A stretch of DNA of 64,000 bases, taken from positions 186,001-250,000 of the forward strand of contig JBLWGC010000208.1 in NCBI GenBank assembly GCA_048772705.1. Reading direction: 5' to 3'. A model generated the notes under the pieces. It was given only the letters and a program-made list of their open reading frames with translations. It was not told where the DNA came from and made no database searches. Numbering within the stretch: the stretch's first letter is position 1; every line of letters starts with the position of its first letter. Position numbers and translations under genes: made by a program. Below are positions 36,704-47,384 of the stretch, one piece after another. Source of the stretch: Leidyana gryllorum EB-2025a (Eukaryota; Protista; Apicomplexa).

Positions 36704-38819
36704 ATGTGGCCCAATCTTTGTCAACAGCCCCCGTATAAACCCCGCGGCGGCGTCGGCCTACAGGTCGAACACCGACTAGGCGACTTCCCCGTTACCACCA
36801 GCTCTCACCTCCTCTTTAACTCCACCGGCAAGACTGAACCACTCATCACTCTCGGTCCAGTCATCGGGAAAGTCACCCACAACGAGGCGCGGTGAGCATC
36901 CGAAACCCCCCTCCCCGCACACATAGACCTTCCTCCACCAGTATCCTTATAGAGGTAGATCAGGCATGCAGAGTCAAGTGCCGTCTGCGACCGTTAGACC
37001 CGGTCGGTCAAGAGGATGTCGAAGAGGATATAATCATAGATAAGAAGGGCAGAATGAAATTACAAGGCCGCCATGGCCCCACTAAGACTAGGAACCTTGA
37101 GGCACGATTGCCCTATGCCTTTCAGTTTGAGAATCTGGTCCCTTGTGAGTGGATGCTTTGACTTCCCACCCCCCTGCATCCAGTACCTTCCTCTCTCAGA
37201 CACCAGATATAGTGTGACCTTCAATATCCCCGTGGTCGGACTCACCAACAGTCAGTTCCGCACGATGCCTCCCCCACACCTCAGATTCGAAAGTTGTCCG
37301 CTCAATGTCGGTTTCGTTGGGGCCAATGAGCAGATTTTCGAACCTTATTCAGTCAATATACCTTTCAAAGAACAAGTGAGTGATCGATCGCCCTCGGATA
37401 ACACACGTGCTGCAGCGTCTCTTCGAGACGCTCAATTTGAATCATGAGCGCCATTTGTGGAAAGATTTATACCACAAAGTCGCCAAGGGACATATGTCCT
37501 ATCTGGTGCATTTGGGCGATTCAGTCAGCTCTCTGCTTCGCTGGGCCGTCAAGTTGCCGGACATCGGTGAGCTGAACCCTGAAACCGTGAAGATCCTCAG
37601 TTGTGTGGATAAGCAACCCGGTTTGTTCCCAGCCGACCAACAGACGGCTTTCAGCTTAGCGTGGCAGATAGCTGAATCCTTCACGACTCTCGATGCCCGC
37701 AAATATATAGTTGAGCTTTTTAGACAGCTGTGGCGGAATGCATGGACGGAGCCGTATGCTCGTCATACGTTGGCCAATGTGCCAAATATTGTATGTATGG
37801 TAAGAAGAGTTCTGACCTGCCTGAGCTTACGACATGTGCCCGTCCGATCACTTCAGAATGAGTCAGAAATTGGTCACTTTGTCGCGCACGACACCGATCC
37901 AACGGCCAAATTCGTGGCCGGCTGCGCCTTCGAGGTCTTCAATGAATATGCACGACTCTTGATGGGTCGTTATTACGCCGGTCCACCGCCAATGAGTTGG
38001 ACTGAGCAATGCAAGGACCGAGCTGGCCATATGGTGGCTCTGGGATCCTTGGGCGTGATGAGTCTGGATGTGAAGGTGCTGAAAACGATGTTTCAGCATC
38101 GCGTGACGGTGAAGAATCCTTTGCTTGGAGCAGCTCAAGCGAAAGATCTGAAGAAAGCTTTATCCGACGAGGGGGTTTTCAAAGACATAAGTTTACTGAT
38201 CGTTTGTCTTCAAGAACCAATAGGGCATTCTGGGACTCTTTGGGAGAAGAATGAAGATTGTCAGCATTCGCGGAACGGATTGTTGCAGCGGTTACTGGCA
38301 TGGAGAGACGCAAAGCCTATTGGTTACAGAGAAGTAATTATCGTTTCACCCGCTCGATCTGACGAGGAGAGCGGTTTGGAGGATCTGATTGTCAAATCTT
38401 TCCGGTCCAAACTCTTCAAATACTGCTCAAAGCGACTCGCTCGGAACCCGAATGAGCACAAATTCTCTGACACTTTGTGTCGACCTCGCGCCACCCCCCT
38501 TCCAGACATGGAACCTCCGATTACTGAGGAATCGTGTGCAGCGGGATTATATACCATGAGTCCCATTCGTGTATTACCGCGGAACCGGATTCGTCAATTG
38601 GTGGTTCCGCCTCTGCTGCGTCTTGACGACGAAGGAGTTAATCCGCACAAGAAATATGCCGACGGGGTTCAGGCCATTAGGGACACTGAGGGATTAATAG
38701 TTGTGTCATATGCAGGCCTATCAGGAAACGGTTTCAGCATGGTCACAGGGGACAGCAAATATGTTATGAAGGACGACCTTCTGTTCTCTGGCGTTCGAGA
38801 TGCACGTAAGAAAAGATGA
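36704..38819 (+). CDS. PhoD-like metallophosphatase-fold protein, probably degenerate, multi-exon
   Basis: LGPVIGKVT..ARILIEVD N-terminal beta domain, LVHLGD, LANVPNI and LLGAAQ..DL follow the protist PhoD-like order. Confidence 0.6.
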
Positions 38820-39445
38820 GCTTCTGGCTTTGAGAAGTTACACACCACAAACACACAGAGCACCCGGCGTATAAGGAGACGCACACGGACCTGGTAACAT
38901 TCTGGACGCGTCATTACTTCCAGGGGAAAGACGGGCGTCTTGTACAACAACGAGCAATTCATAGTGCGGAGTATCGTCAAGTCGAGACCGACTTGGCGTG
39001 CGGAAGAGCAAAAGCTTTTGACGCACGTTGACGGAGCTGTTCATTCCTCATATATAGGAGAGAGGACCTGAGCGTTAGTGGAGTCAGCGGTTGTGGGCGG
39101 AACCCGATTGGCCATTACCTATCACATACACCATTTGCACGCAGTTCACACGCAAAACTCGGATCTCACCACCAGAGCAATTTGAACAATTAAAGCTATG
39201 TAGATGAGCACACATGGCCCTTCACAAATTACGGGCTCCATCATCAATTTCTCCAGTAGTATGGACCCAAGGGTCCCAACACCAACTGTCCGATTCCAGA
39301 AACGCGCCCCGAACGTTGCAATTAGGTCACCTTGATCGGAAAATCACAATGGCAGCTGGTCGGCGCGGTTGGCCGAGGATGAGACGTGGAAAAAACGGGT
39401 ATTGTTGTGCATTTTTCGGTCTCGGAGAAGCGTTCAGTTCCGCCA

Positions 39446-41596
39446 ATGAAAATACCATTACCATCCGTGGAGCGCTCGCGACGACCGTTGTGCGTGAGAA
39501 GCCTCTTTTCGGCCTTGTCTATGATGCCGGTGGAAGGGGATGTTGGTCAACAGGATACTGCAAGGCTCAGTGGGGCGACCAATGGTGATCGGTCCCACAT
39601 TCCAAGCGCCAGCGACTTAGGCGCAGAAAGACGACGTCTCTCTAATTTCCCGAATCGACAAGTCCAAGCGTCGCCTCTCGACCCTGAACCACTAATTCGC
39701 CGTCGCAGGTCGCGGCGTGAACGTGATGCTCGTTATAGGCGCGGCCGTTCTCACCCCCAAGGATGGGTGCAACCGGTAGAAGAGGCTATCGAACGCGTCC
39801 GCGCCGCCTTGTCGACGTATCCGGAGGTCGGGCTGCAACACGGCGGGCGGGCCGGCGGCGAAGAAGTATCCCGCCGCCTCGATGCGGCTGAAACGAGTTT
39901 GCACTTTGCCCAAACCTCTGTGCAGAGATACCTGGACGAAGTCGCACGTCAGCCGCGCGAGGAGATTGAGAATTGCAGAGTTTCAACGGACTCCTCGGTC
40001 GAGTTGGAAAGGCCGGTCTCAACTCAACTCAGAGTGCCCTCGGCTTCATTGATGCCATGGCAGATGGAAACACTCGGCGTCACGGTCCAACCGGTGTCTC
40101 GGGTCCAACTGGAAACACTGGAACCAACGGGCATCACGAGTCAGTTGGGTGCGGTCCAAGCGGTGACTCCGGTCCAACTGGAAACACTGGAACCAACGGG
40201 CATCACGGTCCAACCGGTGTCTCCGGTCCAACTGGAAACACTGGAACCAACGGGCATCACGAGTCAGTTGGGTGCGGTCCAACCGGTGTCTCGGGTCCAA
40301 CTGGAAACACTGGAACCAACGGGCATCACGAGTCAGTTGGGTGCGGTCCAAGAGGAAATGGCGGAAAGACTGCGCGTCACGAGTCAGATGTATGCGGTCC
40401 ACATGGAAATGCTGGAAACGCTGGACGCACTGAGCCCCATAACTCCGCTGCTTCTAACAGAACTGGAAAGGCTGGGAGTACTGCGCGAGGATCCCTTTCC
40501 GACAGCCAGAAATCAGACTTGGCGGGGAGGGACAGCAAACCGACACCACCCCAGGACGATGGCACAGGAAGACACAGTTCCGACTAGTTGGGAATGGCTG
40601 CGGGTAATTGATGAGCCACCCCCAAGCTACGACGAAGTGGTCGCACAGGATGCGGATGCCGATGCCGAATGCCCACCTCCCACTTACCAGGATGTGGTAG
40701 ACGCGACGTCGAGGCTGGCAGAAGCGGCCGCGACGGATCTGGCGTGTCTGGAATTGGCTCAAGGTGCTCTGCTGTTGGATGACCGTTCTGTTTTGTACTT
40801 GGACGTAGGAAAAGATCGAGGCATATGTGTTGACAGTAACGAAGTTGTTCAATACGCGATTGACTTCAACGGTGGGGTACTCCGGGTGGGGCCACTGCCT
40901 TGGTCTGGAGAACCGCTATCCGACTACGTCACAAACCCCGAAGAGATGAGCTTACTTCTGGACTTGATACAGCCCGACCTCACTGATGACCTGTCACTAG
41001 TGAGACGTCACGTAGAGACAGGGGAACTATTGTACTGGTCATCTCCCTCCGCACCCGGGCTCGAAGTATCAGAAACTGAAGAGGAGACGGCAGTCTCCGA
41101 TCAGCTTCAGACAGAGAGGCAGCCACATTTGGAATCGGGTTACTTCTACTGGGTTGGTGATGGGACTCTCTACCGCGTGCCTGACAATCTGGTGATGGGT
41201 GATGATGTTTTAGAGCAGGCTGAAAAGATCTCATCTGGAATCGTTGGTAATATTGAAGAGGGATACCTTCACTGGATGGAAGGTGAGGTGGTCAAGCGCT
41301 GCCCCATAGAAGTGGGAAGGGAAGCTGCGAGCCTTACGCCACGGAGACGCGGTGACTCGGGCCAAAGAAGGGAACGTCCTGACTCGGCCCAAAGAAGGGG
41401 ACGTCCCGAGTCGGCAACACCGAGTAGGAGACGCGGTGACTCGACGCAGAGAAGCGGCCGTCCCGAGTCGGCACCACGGAGTAGGAGACGCGGTGACTGG
41501 GGCCAAAGATGGCCGGAGCCAGCCGAGTCAGATAGTAGCGACTGCGCTCACCCATCGTGCGAAAGATGCATAGAGAAATATGGGGATTATGTTTGA
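39446..41596 (+). CDS. Orphan intronless repeat-containing protein with two PPxY motifs
   Basis: Long ORF with first ATG at 39446. Internal repeats, PPPSY and PPPTY, and Arg-rich C-terminal repeats. Confidence 0.75.
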   Translation: MKIPLPSVERSRRPLCVRSLFSALSMMPVEGDVGQQDTARLSGATNGDRSHIPSASDLGAERRRLSNFPNRQVQASPLDPEPLIRRRRSRRERDARYRRGRSHPQGWVQPVEEAIERVRAALSTYPEVGLQHGGRAGGEEVSRRLDAAETSLHFAQTSVQRYLDEVARQPREEIENCRVSTDSSVELERPVSTQLRVPSASLMPWQMETLGVTVQPVSRVQLETLEPTGITSQLGAVQAVTPVQLETLEPTGITVQPVSPVQLETLEPTGITSQLGAVQPVSRVQLETLEPTGITSQLGAVQEEMAERLRVTSQMYAVHMEMLETLDALSPITPLLLTELERLGVLREDPFPTARNQTWRGGTANRHHPRTMAQEDTVPTSWEWLRVIDEPPPSYDEVVAQDADADAECPPPTYQDVVDATSRLAEAAATDLACLELAQGALLLDDRSVLYLDVGKDRGICVDSNEVVQYAIDFNGGVLRVGPLPWSGEPLSDYVTNPEEMSLLLDLIQPDLTDDLSLVRRHVETGELLYWSSPSAPGLEVSETEEETAVSDQLQTERQPHLESGYFYWVGDGTLYRVPDNLVMGDDVLEQAEKISSGIVGNIEEGYLHWMEGEVVKRCPIEVGREAASLTPRRRGDSGQRRERPDSAQRRGRPESATPSRRRGDSTQRSGRPESAPRSRRRGDWGQRWPEPAESDSSDCAHPSCERCIEKYGDYV
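40062..40420 (+). repeat. Coding minisatellite ([12 protein letters not shown] / SQLGAVQ / VQPVSR units) with 9-nt sub-periodicity
   Basis: Four copies of ggtccaactggaaacactggaaccaacgggcatcacg plus linker units. Confidence 0.9.
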
Positions 41597-41622
41597 TTAA
41601 AAGTTGTGGTTAGTGATGATGA

Positions 41623-42174
41623 CTAAGAACGCGATGACAGTGTAGAATCAGAGGTATACGAGGACACAGAAGATGTGCTTTCCCGACGACGTCGTCGACT
41701 GCGGCTTTGATGTAAGATCACAGCAGCGCAGCCTCCGGCAATTAATGCAATCAACCCGAGCCCCAGAACGATTTGCATAGAATCCACTTGTGCTGTGAAG
41801 GCTCCCAAAGGATGGCTCATACGGAAAGTTGATTCCATGAGATCCATCTGTTCCATTGGACTGAGACCAGATTTCGGCCTTTTGAGTTTCGTTGTACTCT
41901 GTTTGCTAAAGTCGGCCGCTGTTTGATCTGCGGGTGGCTCCCCTTCGGCTGCCACATTGCAATAACAACAGTGCGACGCCTCGGCTTCTTTCATCTTGGA
42001 CAACAAAGCCAGCCTCCGAGCTTGTGATAATCGAGCTTGCAGCTCACGATGATATTGCTCTTTATTATACGTCGCGTCGTCCCCATTACCTTCTGAACAT
42101 TCAGAATCCACATACGTAGGCGACCGATACCTGATACGATTCTCAGGTGACCCCAGAACTGGCTGCCGAACCAT
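41623..42174 (-). CDS. Small single-pass membrane protein
   Basis: C-terminal TM IVLGLGLIALIAGGCAAVIL followed by RSRRRRR and a Ser-rich tail. Confidence 0.6.
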   Translation of the reverse strand: MVRQPVLGSPENRIRYRSPTYVDSECSEGNGDDATYNKEQYHRELQARLSQARRLALLSKMKEAEASHCCYCNVAAEGEPPADQTAADFSKQSTTKLKRPKSGLSPMEQMDLMESTFRMSHPLGAFTAQVDSMQIVLGLGLIALIAGGCAAVILHQSRSRRRRRESTSSVSSYTSDSTLSSRS

Positions 42175-42253
42175 TATATCCTTCAAAAAAAAATGCTACT
42201 TGAGGGCGGGGTCATGGCTTCATTACCGGGAGTCCCACTTGGAGACATTCTCG

Positions 42254-43888
42254 ATGCGGTGGACACAGAGTGCTGCTCTTCTTTCATGGACTGCCGTCAT
42301 AACCGCAGCGGGAGCACCAACTGTAGCCAATCTGAATGCTTGGACTCGTTGTATCCAAAGGGTACCTGTACACACTGTTTATCCCAGTGACGCGGCTTGG
42401 GCCAATGCTACTGCAATCAACAACTCGGCGTTCGATACTCACCCAGCAGCCGTAGTATACGCCCGTAGCACTCGTCAGGTGGCCGATACAGTCGCTTGTG
42501 CGGTGGGCAGTGGCTTCCGCGTGACCCCCCGATCAGGTGGCCATAGTTTCATGGGGTACTCCTTGGGGGGCGAGAGTGGGAAGATTCTCATTGATTTGGA
42601 ACATATCAACCACATTATCCCCGATCCCGCCACAATGTCTGTGGTGGTCGGCCCGGGAGCTCGTTTGGGTCCACTCTTCAAACATTTGTATCAGGAGGGC
42701 TACTGGACGGCCATAGGCATGTGTCCAAACGTGGGGGTTGGAGGCTATCTCCTCGGTGGAGGAATCAGCGTCTTCACTCGGTATTGGTGGTCGATCGCGT
42801 CGGACAATATCATTGAGATGACCGTAGTTTTCACCGATGGCACCATTCATCATGTCTCCAGCCAGTCTCACCCAGAACTCTTCTGGGCTCTTAGGGGTGT
42901 TGGTGGCAGCAACATTGCCATTGTCACCAATTTTAGGCTTCGCATGAGACAAAGGCCCCCTCACTTCGTCACAGCCGAGCTCGCTTGGCTCGCAAATCAG
43001 CCCCCTCCCCATTCAACTCCAAACAACGTTCAGCAGGCCCGAGAGCCCCCTCCCACCACCGATCTCGCCGCCTCCTTTTGCACTCTGCTCAATGATAGTC
43101 CGAGGCTGAGTGAGAGAATATCGTTCTTCGTCAGTCTGAACGCTGGTCAGATGAGCGGCCGATTCCTGATCAGCGAGCCGAGAGAGGCTGATCTCGCACA
43201 GTTGGCCGACTTTGTGCACACGATAGGACCGCGTGTCCATGAGGATGTGCGTGCGGCCAGTTTACCAGAAGTCCATCTGGCTATCCACGATGGAATGCGC
43301 TCTGATGTCACTTGGGAGGACTATGACGACCCAAGAGCAAAGTCACTGAGCCTTTCCTTCAGGAAGAAGTCGTACTTCATCAAGGCTGGGACAAAGTTTC
43401 CCACTTCATTCTGCCAGAAACAAGTTGAACTCGTCAACAACAGCAGCAATAAGCTCTTCGTCTTGATGGAACTTATCGGACCCGGGCAGATCAACAAGGC
43501 AGGAATCCATGACACTGCTTTCCCTCATAGGGACGCTGTGATACTTCTCAGCATTGGAGCAATGAATTTCGAGGGTCAAAAATTGACACAAAGTCTAATC
43601 GATCGTATGGTCGAATCGGGTGAACTCTTCGAGCAATACACCGACGCCAGCTATATCAATTACATTGACGACACGCAGAGAGATTGGCCCCACCATTACT
43701 ATGGATCCAACCTCTCTGTCCTCAAAGCCCTGCAGTTAGTCTACGACCCAAAGAGTGTGCTGGATTTCCCCCAGGGACTCACCCGGGTACCTGCTGCCGT
43801 TATATTGCAGCCGAACAACGACCCACGGTCTCAAAAGTGGGTCAAGTCGTCCACCCTGCGTGCGCAATTGCTCGAAAACTCGACGTAG
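42254..43888 (+). CDS. Secreted FAD-linked BBE-like/AA7 oxidoreductase 1
   Basis: Signal peptide, RSGGHS, GMCPNVGVGG, LFWALRG, YINY...YYGSN...YDP. Intronless. Confidence 0.93.
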   Translation: MRWTQSAALLSWTAVITAAGAPTVANLNAWTRCIQRVPVHTVYPSDAAWANATAINNSAFDTHPAAVVYARSTRQVADTVACAVGSGFRVTPRSGGHSFMGYSLGGESGKILIDLEHINHIIPDPATMSVVVGPGARLGPLFKHLYQEGYWTAIGMCPNVGVGGYLLGGGISVFTRYWWSIASDNIIEMTVVFTDGTIHHVSSQSHPELFWALRGVGGSNIAIVTNFRLRMRQRPPHFVTAELAWLANQPPPHSTPNNVQQAREPPPTTDLAASFCTLLNDSPRLSERISFFVSLNAGQMSGRFLISEPREADLAQLADFVHTIGPRVHEDVRAASLPEVHLAIHDGMRSDVTWEDYDDPRAKSLSLSFRKKSYFIKAGTKFPTSFCQKQVELVNNSSNKLFVLMELIGPGQINKAGIHDTAFPHRDAVILLSIGAMNFEGQKLTQSLIDRMVESGELFEQYTDASYINYIDDTQRDWPHHYYGSNLSVLKALQLVYDPKSVLDFPQGLTRVPAAVILQPNNDPRSQKWVKSSTLRAQLLENST

Positions 43889-44019
43889 TGCTGATAACAA
43901 CTCTTTTGGTCTCTTAACATTCGCTGCAAACCAACTGCTTGGGACTCACGAAATTGAGAGACCCAAACGGGACCGGTGGAGCACTATTCATTGACTGACG
44001 ACAACATAACGTCGCAATA

Positions 44020-45531
44020 ATGAAGCTTGCAGACCTTCTGAGTAGCCTCGTGCTCTGTGCGACAACCATCGCCGGTGCCCCAGGAGACTTGGACGTCTTT
44101 CGAATCTGTATAGAGTCTGATCATCCCATAAACGTTTCCTACAACACTTCAGCTGACTGGTCAACAGCTCGCACTTCTTGGAATCTGCAATACGTGTGGT
44201 ATCCTGATGCCGTTGTCTGGGCGCGATCTGTGTCAGACGTCTCGAGTGCTGTCCGATGCGCTGTGATAAGCGGTCATCGGGTCTCAGCTCGCAGCGGAGG
44301 CCACTCATATGCCGCTTTAGGTGAAGGCGGGCAGGACGGATCCATCATTGTCGACCTCAGCAGAATGAAGTGGGTTCGTGTACATCCTGCCACACACACT
44401 GTGGACATTGGGGCGGGCACACACTTGGGATCTCTCGAGAGACATTTGTGGAAAGAAGGACGCTATTTCATGCCACTTGGGTCGTGTCAGTGGTTGTCAC
44501 TGGGCGGATTCAGCACTGGGGGCGGTATTGGATTCGACACACGGAAATACGGCCCATTCTCAGACTCTGTGATCGAGATGCAGGCAGTGCTTTCAGACGG
44601 ATCAGTGGTCGAGGTCAGTCCCACCTCTCATCCCAGTTTGTTCTGGGCCCTTCGGGGTGGCGGGGGAGGTCAACTTGCAATTGTCACAAACTTCAGAGCA
44701 CGCTTGCGACAGTCTGGCGAGAACGATTGGTACTTGGCCAAAAAGTTGACATGGCCTTCAAAGGACATGGGTCGAGTCTTCTGCCACGTTTTGAATCACG
44801 GTGTGGATCTTCACACCGACACCTCGTGGCAGCTTGCTGTGACTCCAAGAAATATCTCATTGTCAGTTTGGGCCACCGGAGACATTGCAGTCCGGGAGCT
44901 GGAGGTGACTGAGATGCTACGGGGTTTGCCTCTGGCCAGTGATGTAGAGACACATCGAGGAGACCGTCACCAAGGCTGGCGTATGTTTGCAGATCCCGTG
45001 GACCTGCCTCGTCACGCTTACAGTATCAAGAGCAGTTTGGCAATAAATACTCGGATGAGTAACCAAGTGCATCACGGCCACCCGCGGAAACACGCTTTGC
45101 CGATGTCAGTATGCGATGGGGTTCAGTACCTGCTGCACAGTGCCCCAACCCCGGCTGATCATGTGATAGTGACGTTCATTGGAGGAGGAGGAGCTCCGAA
45201 CAAGGCTCCTCGTCGTAGCAGCGCCTTTGGTCATCAGTTAACGGATTATGTTGTAGAGCCATTGGTAAAGTACGATCGGTATTTGGGGGAGGAGCATTCA
45301 GTCTGGCAGCGCAAGCTGCTGAATCTTTTGGAGCCGTATTCAACTGGTCGAGCGTATATCAATGCGATAGAGTTGGACTTGTTGGAGAATTGGCCGATTG
45401 CCTATTGGGGCAAAGAGAATATGCGGCGACTGAAGCGGATTCAACTGGCATACGATCCACACGACCTGTTTGCGAAGCCGCGTACCATCAACAAAGTTGC
45501 AGGTCAAGTGGCGTGGACGCGTCGGCGCTGA
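44020..45531 (+). CDS. Secreted FAD-linked BBE-like/AA7 oxidoreductase 2
   Basis: Signal peptide, RSGGHSY, GSCQWLSLGG, LFWALRGGGG, YINA...YWG...YDP. Intronless. Confidence 0.93.
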   Translation: MKLADLLSSLVLCATTIAGAPGDLDVFRICIESDHPINVSYNTSADWSTARTSWNLQYVWYPDAVVWARSVSDVSSAVRCAVISGHRVSARSGGHSYAALGEGGQDGSIIVDLSRMKWVRVHPATHTVDIGAGTHLGSLERHLWKEGRYFMPLGSCQWLSLGGFSTGGGIGFDTRKYGPFSDSVIEMQAVLSDGSVVEVSPTSHPSLFWALRGGGGGQLAIVTNFRARLRQSGENDWYLAKKLTWPSKDMGRVFCHVLNHGVDLHTDTSWQLAVTPRNISLSVWATGDIAVRELEVTEMLRGLPLASDVETHRGDRHQGWRMFADPVDLPRHAYSIKSSLAINTRMSNQVHHGHPRKHALPMSVCDGVQYLLHSAPTPADHVIVTFIGGGGAPNKAPRRSSAFGHQLTDYVVEPLVKYDRYLGEEHSVWQRKLLNLLEPYSTGRAYINAIELDLLENWPIAYWGKENMRRLKRIQLAYDPHDLFAKPRTINKVAGQVAWTRRR

Positions 45532-45561
45532 GGAGTTCCAAAAGGAGCGAGGTGCAGCCGC

Positions 45562-47052
45562 ATGAGAGTACGTGTTGCCACCTGGTTTCTGGCCGTTGGG
45601 TGGGCCTATGGTCAGGATCTCAAGAAGTTTAAGGAATGTATGGGGGAGAGAGAACAAGTAACTTATCGAGAGGACGATGAGAAGCAGTTTGACGATGACA
45701 AATTATCCTGGAATATTCGTCACATTTGGACTCCTGATGCTATCGTGTGGGCGGAAAATGCCAATCAAGTCAGTGAAGCGGTGAAATGTGCCTCAGAGAG
45801 TGGACACAAAGTATCACCCCGATCAGGAGGTCATAGTTATGAGTGTTTGGCATCCGGCGGTCAAGATCATGCGATTATGATAGACCTGCAGAAGATTCAG
45901 GATGTTAAGCTCGATTCAGAGGCCCTCTCAGCCTGGGTTGGCCCAGGTATACGGCTGGGAAAGCTCTACCTCCATTTATGGAGAGAGGGTCAGTATTGGT
46001 TCCCGCCCGGCCTGTGTCCGACCCTCGGGCTGGCGGGCTTCGCTCTTGGAGGCGGTGTAGGGTTCTGGTCCCGAAAATGGGGGTTAGCGAGTGATCATAT
46101 CGAAGAAATGGAAGTCGTCCTCGCTAACGGCACCCTCGCCCATGTCAGTGACACGGAACATCCAGACTTGTTTTGGGCACTGAGAGGCGGTGGTGGCGGC
46201 AACTTTGGAATAGTGACCAACTTCAAGTTACACGTCGAGAAGGCTCCCAAACAGGTTCTCGTCGTTGTGATCACGTGGGATCAGAAGGATTTGTCAGAAG
46301 TCGTGTGTCGGATGGTGGAAACTGCAGACAAAGCCGCCGTCGAAGTGGGGTGGGAACTCATTATCTATAATAACCGCACTGAACTCTGGGTCACTCTTTT
46401 GGACCCCAATGAGCGGAGAGAAGCGGAACTGACTGATCTGATAGCAGATCTGCCCCATCCACGGCGGTTCAGAGCTAATGATTTCGACTTCATGACGGCA
46501 TACCTCAATGTCTCCGACCGGCTGCATGACTCGCCCACGGCAGATGACCTCGACTTCCCGTCCAACTTTGTCACTCCGCACAAATACTCCAAGAAGAAGT
46601 CTCTGCTTATCCCCAAGGGCACTCAATTCACCAAGAAGACTTGCGATCAACTTGCTGCTAGGATTCCAGATATGGATCCACAGGCTCTGGTGATGTTCGA
46701 GCTCTATGGTGGTGCAGTCAATCAAATCGAACCCGACGCCACGGCTTATGTCCACAGAGAAGCCATCATAACACTGAGTATGGCTATTATTAGCAACGAT
46801 CCCGTTCCAGAGACGGCTGTGAAATGGCTGGAAGGCACCTTTGACCTCATGCAGCCAGTCACCAGTCCCCACTGTTACCAGAATTACATGGATCTCGACT
46901 TGAAAGATTGGGGGAGAGCGTACTATGGGTCCAATTTACCCCGACTGAAGAAGATACAAGAAGAATACGATCCAAGTGGTATTTTTGAGAAGCCACAATC
47001 TATCGCGGCTTTACCCCCCATCGAGCCCACGAACTCTCAGGATGACCTTTGA
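45562..47052 (+). CDS. Secreted FAD-linked BBE-like/AA7 oxidoreductase 3
   Basis: Signal peptide, RSGGHSYE, GLCPTLGLAG, LFWALRGGGGGNFGIVT, YQNY...YYGSN...YDP. Intronless. Confidence 0.93.
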   Translation: MRVRVATWFLAVGWAYGQDLKKFKECMGEREQVTYREDDEKQFDDDKLSWNIRHIWTPDAIVWAENANQVSEAVKCASESGHKVSPRSGGHSYECLASGGQDHAIMIDLQKIQDVKLDSEALSAWVGPGIRLGKLYLHLWREGQYWFPPGLCPTLGLAGFALGGGVGFWSRKWGLASDHIEEMEVVLANGTLAHVSDTEHPDLFWALRGGGGGNFGIVTNFKLHVEKAPKQVLVVVITWDQKDLSEVVCRMVETADKAAVEVGWELIIYNNRTELWVTLLDPNERREAELTDLIADLPHPRRFRANDFDFMTAYLNVSDRLHDSPTADDLDFPSNFVTPHKYSKKKSLLIPKGTQFTKKTCDQLAARIPDMDPQALVMFELYGGAVNQIEPDATAYVHREAIITLSMAIISNDPVPETAVKWLEGTFDLMQPVTSPHCYQNYMDLDLKDWGRAYYGSNLPRLKKIQEEYDPSGIFEKPQSIAALPPIEPTNSQDDL

Positions 47053-47384
47053 AGGATGAATGTGAATGTAAACGGAAACGAGCTGCCAACAGAATGACAT
47101 TTTTGCTCACGTGAATGAGAGAAACTGTAGTCCGTACGCTGGTTGCTCCATGTATATACCACATCCGCTCGCGTTCAGACACCTTACACACACACACAAT
47201 TATGGCCACACAAACGTCGATTTCGTCCAAATTCCTCCTACTTGTCCAAGTCTCTCTCTCCTTTCTATTCGCTCGGTGGTAAGATGTGATAAATGTACTA
47301 TTAAGGACGGCGTTCGATGATCATTGCCTCTCTGGGCGAAACATAATAATGGAAAAAAGAGAGTCAAATATTGCGGGATAAACT

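Noticed and set aside
41340-41510. Three RGD motifs (RRRGDS/W) as integrin ligands
   Set aside because: They lie within an Arg-rich repeat that equally fits basophilic kinase sites. There is no evidence of extracellular exposure.
42254-47052. BBE trio as bacterial contamination or an operon
   Set aside because: The genes are contiguous with intron-containing genes of similar composition, and have eukaryote-type signal peptides and the N-terminal Cys pair.
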